Origin: a virus
Lineage: Duplodnaviria; Caudoviricetes
Virus record (IMG/VR): IMGVR_UViG_3300037188_000011
Location: 1-54,093 of that record
DNA length: 54,093 nucleotides
Reading direction: 5' to 3' (one strand)
In this document: one piece after another, positions 38,060-47,890 of the stretch
How positions within the stretch are numbered: position 1 is the stretch's first letter
Layout of the letters: the number at the start of each line of letters is the position of its first letter
Notes under the pieces: generated by a model
What the model saw: only the letters and a program-made list of their open reading frames with translations
Databases searched by the model: none
Told to the model about the DNA's origin: nothing
Made by a program: the position numbers and the translations under genes

Positions 38060-40267
38060 ATGGCCTATGTTCGGAAGGGCGGCCACGGCGGCGCGCGGCC
38101 AGGTGCCGGAGCCAAGAAGAGATCACAGGATCAGCAGCCCCGGCCGGCCTTGCGCGCTGAAACGAAGGTAAAGGCAGCCGCGCCGACGGTCCCGGCCGAA
38201 CCGAAGACCGAACTGGCCGCGATCGATCCCGGGGCATGGGCGATGATGCTCCCGGAGATCGAGGAGATCAGCAAGCGGTACGCGCTGAACAAGTCCCGCC
38301 GCGACACGCCGGACCAGAACCCGTTCCGGCTCCCGGAGTTTCCGAAGGCCGCGATCCCGCCGAGCAGCCTCGGGACCATGGCGATGGACAACGCTTTGAC
38401 TTCGAACCTTGCTTTCGCGTCGAACGGATGGCTCGCTGGCGAATCGATCGGCGGACTGTCCGGGGAGGGGCTGCTGTTCCTCGGCTACACCTATCTGTCC
38501 GAGCTCGCCCAGCGGCCAGAATACCGGGTGATGTCCGAAACAATCGCCGATGATGCCACCCGGAGTTGGATCGGATTCGACGTCACCGGGGACGAAAAGA
38601 CGCAAAAGGATGATCGCGACAAGGATCCGGCCGGCTATGACGAGCGCATGGCTGACCCGGACGAACGAAAGAAGCGGGTCGCCGCGGCCAACAAAACCGA
38701 TCGAGTCAAGGAACTCGAAGACGACCAGCTGCGGCTTGAGGTCAAGATCCGCTATTACGAGGCCTGCCGGAACGGCGGGTTCTTCGGCCGGTCGCATCTG
38801 TTCCACGATATCCGGACGACCGATTCGGATGAGATCAATCCGGAGGAACTCAAGATTCCGATCGGCAACAGCCGGGACGCTACCAGCGTTACGAAGGTGC
38901 CAGTCGGATCGTTCAAGGATTTGAAGACGATAGAGCCTGTCTGGACCTATCCGCTGATGTACAACGCGATGAACCCGCTCCGGAAGGACTGGTACAACCC
39001 GCAAATCTGGTACGTCATGGGCCAGGAAATCCACGGCTCTAGGCTGCAGACATTCATCCCGCACCCGGTCCCCGACATGCTCAAGCCGGCCTATGCGTTC
39101 GGCGGGCTGTCAATGTCTCAAATGTCGAAACCGTATGTCGATCGCTGGCTCACCACCGTGACGTCGGTGAATCAGTTGATCCATAGTTTTTCCGTCATGG
39201 TGCTGTCGACCGATCTCGGAACGCTGATGCAGCCGGGGCAGATGGGGCAGCTGCTGGCGCGGGTCGCGATGTCCAATATGTTCCGCGACAACCAAGGCAC
39301 CCAAGTCATAAACAAGAACAGCGAGGAATATTCAAATGTCTCGGCATCGCTGGCCGGGCTTTCCGATCTTCAGGCACAGTCCCAAGAGCATATGTGCGCG
39401 ATAAATAGGATCCCGCTCGTCAAGTTCACCGGGATTACGCCGCATGGCCTCAATGCATCGAGCGAATCTGAGATCCAAATTTACGACGATACTATAATGG
39501 CTTACCAAGCAAGGGTGCTTGACCCGAACCTTCGCCGCACCATCAATTTTGAGATGCTTTCGCTCTGGGGTGAGGTCGACCCGGAAATCACACATCGTTG
39601 GGAGCCGCTGCGCCCGATGACGGAAAAGGAGAAGGGCGAGAAGGAGAAGCACGACGCGGAACGGGACGGCCTCTATGTCGACATGGGCGCCATTGCGCCA
39701 GAAGAGGTTCGGAAGCGGATCATCAACGACAAGGACCTGCCGTATACCGGGCTTGATCCGGAGGACGTCCCGGAACTGGCTGCTGAGGTCGAAGAGGGCG
39801 GCGATCCCAACGACCCGCCAGGCGGCCGGCCGAAGCGGCCCGAGGGCGAAAAGATCGAATCACCGGATAAGACAGACGCAAACGATGCGAATGTCGAGGA
39901 TATCATCAAGCAGGCCCTTGATGCCGCGGTGACGAGGATTCTGGGGCCTGTGTCGGGGATCGAATCAAAGATGTCCGAACCAAAGGGTCCGACTGCTGCT
40001 GATATCGCGATGGATGAGAGATCGAAATCTGTCAGCGACGCGGTCGGAACCTTGGCAAAGGATGTCAAGGCTATTGCCGAAAAGGTAGAGCGCATCATTG
40101 CGACCCCGCCGCCGGTCCCCATCGTACAAAATCCACAGCCCATCAATCTGTCGCTGTCCCTTGATCGGGAGGGGAAGCCAAAAACCGTGAGGACGGTAAC
40201 GACGAAGCGCGAGGCAGATGGGAGCCTGTCGGCGATTGTGACAGAGGTCGACGATGCCAAAACTTGA
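38060..40267 (+). CDS. Portal protein (DUF1073 type) with N- and C-terminal extensions
   Basis: FLGYTYLSELAQRPEYR, IEPVWTYP..YN..NPL..D.Y.P..W, LKPAYAFGGLS and IPLVKFTGITP.GLNASSE motifs. Confidence 0.9.
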   Translation: MAYVRKGGHGGARPGAGAKKRSQDQQPRPALRAETKVKAAAPTVPAEPKTELAAIDPGAWAMMLPEIEEISKRYALNKSRRDTPDQNPFRLPEFPKAAIPPSSLGTMAMDNALTSNLAFASNGWLAGESIGGLSGEGLLFLGYTYLSELAQRPEYRVMSETIADDATRSWIGFDVTGDEKTQKDDRDKDPAGYDERMADPDERKKRVAAANKTDRVKELEDDQLRLEVKIRYYEACRNGGFFGRSHLFHDIRTTDSDEINPEELKIPIGNSRDATSVTKVPVGSFKDLKTIEPVWTYPLMYNAMNPLRKDWYNPQIWYVMGQEIHGSRLQTFIPHPVPDMLKPAYAFGGLSMSQMSKPYVDRWLTTVTSVNQLIHSFSVMVLSTDLGTLMQPGQMGQLLARVAMSNMFRDNQGTQVINKNSEEYSNVSASLAGLSDLQAQSQEHMCAINRIPLVKFTGITPHGLNASSESEIQIYDDTIMAYQARVLDPNLRRTINFEMLSLWGEVDPEITHRWEPLRPMTEKEKGEKEKHDAERDGLYVDMGAIAPEEVRKRIINDKDLPYTGLDPEDVPELAAEVEEGGDPNDPPGGRPKRPEGEKIESPDKTDANDANVEDIIKQALDAAVTRILGPVSGIESKMSEPKGPTAADIAMDERSKSVSDAVGTLAKDVKAIAEKVERIIATPPPVPIVQNPQPINLSLSLDREGKPKTVRTVTTKREADGSLSAIVTEVDDAKT

Positions 40268-40631
40268 GCTATCGGACACCGCTCGGGATGCTTTGGCGAC
40301 GGCGTTGGCATTGATGATAAACGGCGGACGGCTTTCGGTATTTGAAAGGCGCGGAGATGTGACACCGATCGGCGTTCTGCGGTTCGGCCGTCAGGCATTC
40401 AGTCCGGCGCGCGGCGGGGTCATAAACGTCAACGAGATCGAAAATGATTACGCGAGCCGGCCGGGGGCACTGACATGGGCGGTCGTCACCGATTCCGACG
40501 ACAATATGATTTTTGAATGCGATGTCGGGGAATCGAATGCTATGCTGATCATGGATAGGTCGATAGTCCAGAAGGGATCCCCGATCAGTGTCAAATCGCT
40601 GACAATCAAAATGCCGAGGAGCCGGGAATGA
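40254..40631 (+). CDS. Small beta-sandwich virion protein (putative)
   Basis: Overlaps the portal stop; AF.PA.GG and TWA...DSD...IFECDVG pattern of phage structural proteins. Confidence 0.55.
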   Translation: MPKLELSDTARDALATALALMINGGRLSVFERRGDVTPIGVLRFGRQAFSPARGGVINVNEIENDYASRPGALTWAVVTDSDDNMIFECDVGESNAMLIMDRSIVQKGSPISVKSLTIKMPRSRE

Positions 40632-41209
40632 TCGACAAGATGGAAGCGGTGTCGGTTATCGGCTCCGGCCTCGTAGGGGCGAACGGGTTGATTGAGGGAA
40701 TCAAGGTTCGCGGGCGCTATGTCGTCGAGTGCCGCGACAAGGACGGCAACCTGCGTTGGACAGAGACCATCGACAACGTGGTCTGCACGCTCGGCAAGAA
40801 TCTGATGTTCAACACGGCGTTCACCGGGTCGGCCTACACGGTGACCGGGCCGTTCATGGGGCTGATATCGGGCACGAGCTACACCGCGGTGGCGGCGGCC
40901 GACACCATGACGAGCCACACGGGCTGGCTGGAGGCAGGCAACGCCAACGCCCCGCAGTATTCGGGCAGCCGGCCGACATGCGTGTGGTCGGCGGCGTCTG
41001 GCGGGGCGATTGTGCTTTCGGCCGCGCTCAACTTCACGTTCACGGCCGGCGGGACCGTGCAGGGCGCTTTCGTCAACTTTGGCAGCGGCGCGAGCGCCAC
41101 CATCGACAATACGGGCGGGACGCTCTGGAGCGCGGGGGTGTTCGGGACCGGCGCGCGCACGGTGCTCACGGGCGACGCCATCAATGTTAGCTACTCGGCG
41201 AGCATGTAA
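40628..41209 (+). CDS. Virion structural protein (fibre-associated, putative)
   Basis: G.Y..ECRDKDGNLRW.ET..NVV...GKN, DTM.SH.GW.E and GD.INVSY motifs. Confidence 0.65.
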   Translation: MIDKMEAVSVIGSGLVGANGLIEGIKVRGRYVVECRDKDGNLRWTETIDNVVCTLGKNLMFNTAFTGSAYTVTGPFMGLISGTSYTAVAAADTMTSHTGWLEAGNANAPQYSGSRPTCVWSAASGGAIVLSAALNFTFTAGGTVQGAFVNFGSGASATIDNTGGTLWSAGVFGTGARTVLTGDAINVSYSASM

Positions 41210-41212
41210 TCG

Positions 41213-42142
41213 ATGTGGGTTCTCAGCAACCCATCGTCGCTGCTACAGGTCATCACCGGATCGGCCGGCGCGGTTGCCGTTCACGCATCATGGGTCGATA
41301 GCGCGCAGGGCAACATCGTGCCGCAGGCGGGTGCGATCACGCCGACCGGCCAGAACGTGCCATCGATCACCGGGGCGACAACCACCACGGTTGTCCCGTC
41401 GCCAGGAGCCACGGTCACCTCATGGTCGATCTCCGGCACCACGCTGACGGTTACATCGGGGATCACCGGGACGGTGCCTGCTGGCGCGGCTCTCACGGCT
41501 ACGGGCATCGGCTTCGGCCTCAACATCCTCACGCAGCTCACCGGGACGCTTGGGGGCGCTGGCACCTATCAGCTATCGGCCAGTTCAACGAACGGCAGCG
41601 GGACACTTACGCTCACCGCCGCGCGCACCGTGCAAAAGTTGATTATCGTCAACACGTCGGTCACGATCGCCAACCAGATCACCGTGCAGCACAACGACGG
41701 GACCAACACAGTCACGGTCTACAGCGCCAGCCTCGCGCCGGGCGAGTTCTGCATGATGACGGATCAGAACGGCTGGCAGACCTACGACAAGACCGGTGCG
41801 CTCAAGACCCTGCAAACCACCGCGTTGCCGGCGGCGGCCTATGCACAGGTTCGGACCGTGGCGAGCGGGACGACGGACGCGGGGCCGACATCGATGACCT
41901 CCGGCAACTGCCTTGTGCTATGGAACAGCGCGACTGCCGGGGCCAAGACATCGACCATGCCGACCGCCGCCGGGACGAACAACCGCTTCACGATCATTGA
42001 CGTCGCGCAGACCGCGCAGACCAACGCGATCACGGCGACCCCGGCAACAGGAAGTATCACGGGCAACAATCAGGTATACACCAAGGCCGGCGTTCAATCG
42101 TGGGTCGACACCAGCTTGGGATGGGTAGCCGAGGCGGCATAA
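41213..42142 (+). CDS. Thr/Gly-rich fibre-like structural protein
   Basis: Contains the SISGTTLTVT...GT.GGAGTY module shared with the baseplate and decoration proteins. Confidence 0.65.
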   Translation: MWVLSNPSSLLQVITGSAGAVAVHASWVDSAQGNIVPQAGAITPTGQNVPSITGATTTTVVPSPGATVTSWSISGTTLTVTSGITGTVPAGAALTATGIGFGLNILTQLTGTLGGAGTYQLSASSTNGSGTLTLTAARTVQKLIIVNTSVTIANQITVQHNDGTNTVTVYSASLAPGEFCMMTDQNGWQTYDKTGALKTLQTTALPAAAYAQVRTVASGTTDAGPTSMTSGNCLVLWNSATAGAKTSTMPTAAGTNNRFTIIDVAQTAQTNAITATPATGSITGNNQVYTKAGVQSWVDTSLGWVAEAA

Positions 42143-45100
42143 TGATGAAGAACATCGGAAAAATTCTCGCGGTTCTGTTCTCGCTCGCGGCCGGGCCGGC
42201 GCTTGCCCAGGGCACGCCCGCGGGCAGCAGCGGCGATTTCCAGACCAATGCCGGCAGCCTGCGGTTCGGCAGCGTCACACCGGGAACCGGGGTTGTTGGC
42301 GCCTTCCAAAATCCAATCAACGCCGCGAGCGGGCTTCTGACGTTCTCAGGCGCCTTCGGCACGCCAACGTCGCTGATTTTGACGAATGCCACCGGGCTGC
42401 CGACAACGGGTCTGACCGGCGCCTTGCAGGCCGCGCAATTCCCCGCGCTCACCGGCGACATCACCACCACGGCTGGATCTTTGGCGACCACGCTGGCGAC
42501 CGTGAACAGCAACGTCGGATCGTTCGGATCGGCCACGTCATGCGGGGCATTTACCGTAAATGCCAAGGGCCTGATCACGGCGGCCTCGGCTTCCACATGC
42601 GCCCCGGCGATCGGAAGCGTCACAGGGCTCGGAACTGGCGTCGGGACGGCATTGGGCGTGGCAGTCGGTTCAGCTGGCGCCTTTGTCGTAAATGGCGGCG
42701 CGCTCGGCACGCCGTCGAGCGGAACACTGACTAACACCACCGGATTTCCAGCGGCGAATCTGTCCGGCACGGCGCTGCCTGCCGCAATCGTTTCATCGTC
42801 TCTGACCTCGGTTGGCACGCTCGCAACGGGCACTTGGCAGGCTACGGCGGTCGGCGCGCAATGGGGCGGAACCGGGCAGAATTTTTCGGCATCGACTGGC
42901 ATCCCATCGGTATCGAGCGGCACGTGGTTGGTCACCACGACTCCGACGCTCACGGCAACCAATGTCACCGGACTGCCGCCGCATCAGATCGCCCTATCTC
43001 TGGAATGCGCGAGTTCGACCGGATCGTCATCGAGCACGGCATATACCTGCACCACCACGCCGTCTTTCACGCCGGTCAACGGCGATCAAATCCAGTGGTT
43101 GCCAGGCACTAACGACCTGACGAATACGACCGCAGCGCCGACGCTCAACGTCAATGGAACGACCGCCTACCAAATCGTCGGCAACGGCAACAGTTCTATC
43201 ATTCAAGGCGATGTCGCCAGCGGCGCCGCGGCACATAGCTACTCGCTTCAGTTCTCCACGGCAGCCGCCGCGCCATGTTCGTCGCACTGTTGGATTCTTG
43301 ATGCGGGCCAGCGCAACAGTTGGCTCTCCACCTATGCGAACGCGACTAACAATGCGCTGAAGGCGTTTTACGCGTGCAACCCGCAGGTTACTGAATGCCG
43401 AGTTATCGATAATGCAGACTCGGAGCACACTTGCTGGCTGCCATCGACTTGTGCGTTTGGTCCGCAGCATGAAGTCAATCTTTGGGCTGCGTCGCTGTTG
43501 TCTATCTGGCAGCGCCGCGGCTTTCCGATCTATTCGACCGGATTAATCGGTCCGATCTCGATTGTCAGCACGGCGTCGCTGTTATCCAATGGCGTGTTGC
43601 CCGGCATCACATGCACGGGCACGGTCACGCAGGTATCGCTCTCGGGTGTCGGCCCGCAGCAGGCTACGGGCGCGCTGACCGGCGGCGGCACCCTCCAGAT
43701 GGCGAGCGGCGCGGTTTGCACGGTCGGGATCTCGACCTTTGTTGCTACCGCAGGCGGGACCGCTGGAGCATTCAACCGCTTCCGGGTCTATTGCGCGATC
43801 AACACAACCACCGGCAACATGACGGTGACGATCTCGGGGCAAAGCGCGAGTACGGCATGCACCGGAACCAACGCGAGTCCTTTGGCACAGGCATTCACTG
43901 TCACAAACAGCGCTGGAACGACTGCGCTTACCGTGGCGATCTCATGCACCACCGGCACATGCAATCTCGGTGGCTACGAGGAAATATACACCACCAACAA
44001 TTTCGGCTACGCGCTAGATGCGTTCGAAGCAACCGGCGGGGCGAACAGCTATTGGCTCGGCGCGGCTATCGGCAACGCGGCCTATCTAAAGCTGACGACC
44101 GGGACGGTCGCGCTGCTTGATGTCGCCATCGGGATCAACGATGCCGCTGGCTCCATTTCTTCGGCCACGGTCAACGCCAACATCGCGACCTTCATTTCAA
44201 ATTGGCCCGGCGCATCGGTGCTTGTCTGGTCCTCGTTCGCCTACACCGGGACCGGCTCGACCAACTACCCGGCGATCCAGGCTGGCGAACAGCAATACGC
44301 GCTGGCCAACGGTTACGACTTCCTGAACACCAGCGACAACTCGACCACCAACACCAGCGTCAATTATTGGAACGGCATTCAGAACTCGGACTTCACGCAT
44401 GCGACCGATATGGGCGCGGGCGCAAACTTCGCGCAGTGGTGGGCGCACATCAACGGGTCGGAAGCGCAGGCGTCGCTGACGTTCGGAGCAAACCAAGTCC
44501 CCTATCAGAATGGGTTCATCAGCTTTATCGACGGGACGGACACCTCGTCGATCAATGGGCTGGCCTCGATTTGCTATGCGACAGGCGTCACCTATTGCGG
44601 GATAGAGCGTCTTGTCTCCGCGCCGGCCGCCACGTTTCAGACCATGTGGGCGCGCGGGATTGCTGCGACAACCCAAACAGCCAGCAACGGCGCGGTGGCA
44701 CCGCTCGGGTCGCTCACGTTCGGCTATTCCAACACGGCAGGCACACAGGTGCCGGCGGCGGCGCAATTCTCATGGATCAACGATCCGGCCACCGGGCTTG
44801 TTTACGAGCCATTCAACCGGGTGCCGCTGACGACCGCCTACAGCAACGCGACCACGACACCATCAAGCATCACGGGGTGGTCGTGGGCGATCCTGTCCGG
44901 TCAAACCATGATCGTCGATTGCGATGGAATGTATCAGGCGGCCTCGACGGGCGGCTTGCGCTTTCAGGTGACCGGACCGACGATGACAGCGTTCCAGTTG
45001 GCGCATATGATGGGCCTCAACAGCACTGCCGCTTCGATGGCGTCGCCGCCGGCCGTCACGGCGGTATCGACGCTGACAAGCGCAGTCGCGGTGACCACGG

Positions 45101-45234
45101 CAACCACGAACTACGCTTTCCATCTTCACGTCTACGCCAACGCAAGCGCGGCCGGCACCTTGCAAATCCAGGGCGCGTCCGCCGCCGCCGCCAACATGAC
45201 GATAGGAGTTGGATCAACATGCGTCGTGCATTGA
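42142..45234 (+). CDS. Large secreted fibre/spike protein with an SGNH-hydrolase-like domain
   Basis: Signal peptide MMKNIGKILAVLFSLAAGPALA|QG; fibre repeats (LGTPSSGTLTN); ADS, ATGG, GIND and DFTH blocks; 20 Cys counted. Confidence 0.7.
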   Translation: MMKNIGKILAVLFSLAAGPALAQGTPAGSSGDFQTNAGSLRFGSVTPGTGVVGAFQNPINAASGLLTFSGAFGTPTSLILTNATGLPTTGLTGALQAAQFPALTGDITTTAGSLATTLATVNSNVGSFGSATSCGAFTVNAKGLITAASASTCAPAIGSVTGLGTGVGTALGVAVGSAGAFVVNGGALGTPSSGTLTNTTGFPAANLSGTALPAAIVSSSLTSVGTLATGTWQATAVGAQWGGTGQNFSASTGIPSVSSGTWLVTTTPTLTATNVTGLPPHQIALSLECASSTGSSSSTAYTCTTTPSFTPVNGDQIQWLPGTNDLTNTTAAPTLNVNGTTAYQIVGNGNSSIIQGDVASGAAAHSYSLQFSTAAAAPCSSHCWILDAGQRNSWLSTYANATNNALKAFYACNPQVTECRVIDNADSEHTCWLPSTCAFGPQHEVNLWAASLLSIWQRRGFPIYSTGLIGPISIVSTASLLSNGVLPGITCTGTVTQVSLSGVGPQQATGALTGGGTLQMASGAVCTVGISTFVATAGGTAGAFNRFRVYCAINTTTGNMTVTISGQSASTACTGTNASPLAQAFTVTNSAGTTALTVAISCTTGTCNLGGYEEIYTTNNFGYALDAFEATGGANSYWLGAAIGNAAYLKLTTGTVALLDVAIGINDAAGSISSATVNANIATFISNWPGASVLVWSSFAYTGTGSTNYPAIQAGEQQYALANGYDFLNTSDNSTTNTSVNYWNGIQNSDFTHATDMGAGANFAQWWAHINGSEAQASLTFGANQVPYQNGFISFIDGTDTSSINGLASICYATGVTYCGIERLVSAPAATFQTMWARGIAATTQTASNGAVAPLGSLTFGYSNTAGTQVPAAAQFSWINDPATGLVYEPFNRVPLTTAYSNATTTPSSITGWSWAILSGQTMIVDCDGMYQAASTGGLRFQVTGPTMTAFQLAHMMGLNSTAASMASPPAVTAVSTLTSAVAVTTATTNYAFHLHVYANASAAGTLQIQGASAAAANMTIGVGSTCVVH

Positions 45235-45581
45235 TCGCGCTGATCGCGCTACTGACCTCGCCAGCTCTTGCCGCGCAGCCGCCGCTCTATACCTACGTAT
45301 TTGCGGTGCAGCCGCCCTATGATGCGGGTTCGTGGTCGATCTGGCCTGGCGACAATCACCTGACGTCGATGTTCGGAAAGCATTTTCTGTTGGCGGCCCC
45401 GCAGTGCGACATCGGAAAGTGGACGCCGGTTGAGAGCATTCCGATCCCGCAAACCAAGCCAGGGCTTGCGGTCAACGCGCTGCCGGCCGATGCGCTCGCG
45501 TCCGGCGTAACGCTCAAGGTGGTGACACCTCAAGCGCATTGGGACTTGACGACGGCTCCGCTGTTCTTTTCCTGCCAGTGA
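45219..45581 (+). CDS. Small secreted protein
   Basis: RBS AGGAG; signal peptide MRRALIALIALLTSPALA|AQ; 2 Cys. Confidence 0.65.
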   Translation: MRRALIALIALLTSPALAAQPPLYTYVFAVQPPYDAGSWSIWPGDNHLTSMFGKHFLLAAPQCDIGKWTPVESIPIPQTKPGLAVNALPADALASGVTLKVVTPQAHWDLTTAPLFFSCQ

Positions 45582-45602
45582 GGCGCGCAACAGCGGGGAG
45601 CC

Positions 45603-46748
45603 ATGACCTTCAAGTTCGTCGGCGATCCGGCCCTTAGCTTCAAGAGTTGGTTCGACCCGACGAGCACGCCGGCCGGATGGATCGACCCGTCGCTGGTGTC
45701 GTCCACCACGGCGAGCCATGGCGGCAACGTCTACGCGGAGAGCATCGCCGAGGTCGCGAGCGCTGCCGACGTTGTCACCGATCATCAGATATTCAAAAGT
45801 GCGATTTCTGAAACCGGCGCTGCAGCCGACGTTGTCTCGGATCACGTCACCTTCAAGAGCGCCGTTGCCGAAGCCGCAACCGCTGCGGATGCGGTCAGCG
45901 AGCACGAAAAGGAAGTCGCCGCGGTATCCGAAGCGGCGAGTGCAGCCGATGCGGTCTCTGACCATGCGATCTTCAAGAGCACAGCGGCCGATGCCGCGAC
46001 TGCGGCCGACACCGTTTCAGATGCCGCCAGGTTCCCGCGCGCTGTGGCTGAGGCGGCTGCCGCGACCGATACGGCATCTGACACCGCCAAATTCCCCAGG
46101 GCTATCAGCGAGGCTGCCACGGCGTCGGACGCGGCATCTGACCGAGCCGTCTTGCCGGCGGCGGTATCCGAGGCTGCGTCCGCTTCTGACGTAGCAGGCG
46201 ATCATGCGATCGCAATCGATTCGGTGGCCGAGGCTGCCGCTGCCGCAGCATCGCCTTCAGCGCGCGCCATATTCCATGAGACGGTCACCGAAGCCGGATC
46301 CGCACAAGCCAGTCCGTCGCTCGGCAATATTTACGCAGAGGGCATCACCGAGGCCGCGGCGGCGAGGGATACCGTTTCCGGAACCTATGTCCCGGAGGCC
46401 GCGCCGGTCGGCGGCATGTTTTACAATTGGCTACGGCCGGAGGCCCGAGGCCAGCTTGAGATCGTTCTACCGGCGTTTGAGGGCGCCGGCCGGATTGAGA
46501 TCGGCCCGGCCCCCCAAGTTCTGACCCCGGAGCCGCCGCCACGACGTATCCCCGCCGTGAAGCGCCGGCCGCCGATCGTCTCCCCGCCGCTTATCCCGGC
46601 GCAGGATCAGGTTTCGACCCCGGGCCCGGCCCCGGTCGAGGTTTCAGTAATGGCCGGGATCGAATTTGGTTTCCCGATTGTTTCCGGAGAACTGCATTCA
46701 GCATTTATGGACGATGACGAGACGGAACTGCTTTTGCTTTTGGTGTGA
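45603..46748 (+). CDS. Protein with about eleven 20-aa repeats, a Pro-rich linker and a DDDExLLLL tail
   Basis: RBS GGGGAG; 60-bp periodic repeats at about 45735-46390. Confidence 0.75.
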   Translation: MTFKFVGDPALSFKSWFDPTSTPAGWIDPSLVSSTTASHGGNVYAESIAEVASAADVVTDHQIFKSAISETGAAADVVSDHVTFKSAVAEAATAADAVSEHEKEVAAVSEAASAADAVSDHAIFKSTAADAATAADTVSDAARFPRAVAEAAAATDTASDTAKFPRAISEAATASDAASDRAVLPAAVSEAASASDVAGDHAIAIDSVAEAAAAAASPSARAIFHETVTEAGSAQASPSLGNIYAEGITEAAAARDTVSGTYVPEAAPVGGMFYNWLRPEARGQLEIVLPAFEGAGRIEIGPAPQVLTPEPPPRRIPAVKRRPPIVSPPLIPAQDQVSTPGPAPVEVSVMAGIEFGFPIVSGELHSAFMDDDETELLLLLV

Positions 46749-46907
46749 GATTACGACGCCGGGCGCATCATTGGGGCATTCCAAGAGCGAGCCACGTCAC
46801 AAACAGAAGGGCAAAGGTGATAGCTCCGATCACCATCCCAACTAAGAAGGCTAGCAGCATTTCGGCATCACTGATTCCTTTTGCGTGGCGGCGCCTATGG
46901 AATGGAA

Positions 46908-47096
46908 TCAAAGCAGGTCCTCCTTTTTGATCTTTCCGTCGTCCATCAGATTCAGCACGAACGCGACAAGTTTCGGGATCGGCCCCTCGCTGGCGATTCG
47001 TTGCGCCTGCCGGCGGCTGACGCCGAAATACTCCCCGGCGCGCACGATCTTGATATCGTGACGCTTCAGGCAGGCTTTGTACTGTAGCGGGGTCAT
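46908..47096 (-). CDS. Small HTH regulator
   Basis: MTP.QY..L....I....AG.YFGVSRRQAQR motif; RBS GGAGGG. Confidence 0.7.
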   Translation of the reverse strand: MTPLQYKACLKRHDIKIVRAGEYFGVSRRQAQRIASEGPIPKLVAFVLNLMDDGKIKKEDLL

Positions 47097-47102
47097 TTCG
47101 AT

Positions 47103-47288
47103 CTAATCCCTCCTGTGTTCGATGAAATATTCCGGTGCCTCCGGTATCTGCCGGATGACTTGATCCAGCAGATCGCGCAAATCGGCGCCCTCGGAGTTAT
47201 GTGTCTGGCCGGCGTCGATCGTGCGGGCCATAGACTTCGCCATTCCCTCCAGAAATTCGCGGGAGGCGTCTTGGATGCAGATTCGCAT
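47103..47288 (-). CDS. Hypothetical protein
   Basis: TAATG coupling; RBS AAGGA. Confidence 0.5.
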   Translation of the reverse strand: MRICIQDASREFLEGMAKSMARTIDAGQTHNSEGADLRDLLDQVIRQIPEAPEYFIEHRRD

Positions 47289-47705
47289 TATGCCGTTTCC
47301 TTTACATTGCACCGCTGAACAATGGTCTGCTTTTCGCCGTTGTAAGCCGTGTGCTCCTTGACGGTCGCCCGGATCGTGAACGTCCGGCCCTTTTCTGACC
47401 AGAACGAAGCGGACTTGCTGACGATCGCGTTTCCGGCCTCATCCCGCATCGTCACGATCGCGAACATCTCCTCGATCCAGGGCGCTCCGTACTTCGCGCG
47501 GGGAAACTCAGCGACCCGTTCGACCGTCACGGCGAGCTCGATCCGCTTGCCAACCGCGCCGACATGATGGGACCCAGCCGCCATCCGCGCGCGCTCCTCG
47601 GTTCGGTCGATCGCGGTCATGACCGCTTGCATCGGTGTAGGGCTTCCGCTCGGCAAGGATGGCGCGAAGTTCTTGAACTGTCTTTGGTGAGGTGTTGAAT
47701 TTCAT
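47288..47705 (-). pseudogene. OB-fold-like accessory gene with an apparent internal deletion/frameshift
   Basis: RBS and MKFNTSPK start are in one frame; S.HVG.VGKR...ATVKEH..Y.GEKQT...R is in another, with the switch near 47630. Confidence 0.55.
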
Positions 47706-47718
47706 TTTTATTTATCCC

Positions 47719-47817
47719 TCAGATCAGGCCGACAGTAGCCAGCACCAGATACCCGGAGCCAACCACGGAAATGGCGCTCAGGATGGCGAAAAAGGCAATC
47801 TTGCGAATGATGGACAT
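47719..47817 (-). CDS. 32-aa hydrophobic peptide
   Basis: RBS GAGAGG; MSIIRKIAFFAILSAISVVGSGYLVLATVGLI (translated by hand). Confidence 0.5.
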   Translation of the reverse strand: MSIIRKIAFFAILSAISVVGSGYLVLATVGLI

Positions 47818-47846
47818 TTGGGAACCTCTCGTTTTCTTGGAACCAA

Positions 47847-47890
47847 CTACGCCAATATGGCGCGAGGTTTCGTCTACGTCAATACGGCGC
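47847..47890 (-). promoter_or_regulatory. Sigma70-type promoter overlapped by two operator repeats
   Basis: Minus strand TTGACG-N17-CATATT; repeats CTACGCCAATATGGCGC and CTACGTCAATACGGCGC. Confidence 0.7.

Noticed and set aside
38060-40267. Anti-CBASS Acb1 label often attached to DUF1073 proteins
   Set aside because: Size, motifs and position indicate a portal; no 2H-phosphoesterase domain recognised.
44202-45218. 5' part of the 459-aa ORF overlapping the large fibre gene
   Set aside because: Arg-rich GC shadow frame; the credible start with RBS and signal peptide is 45219.
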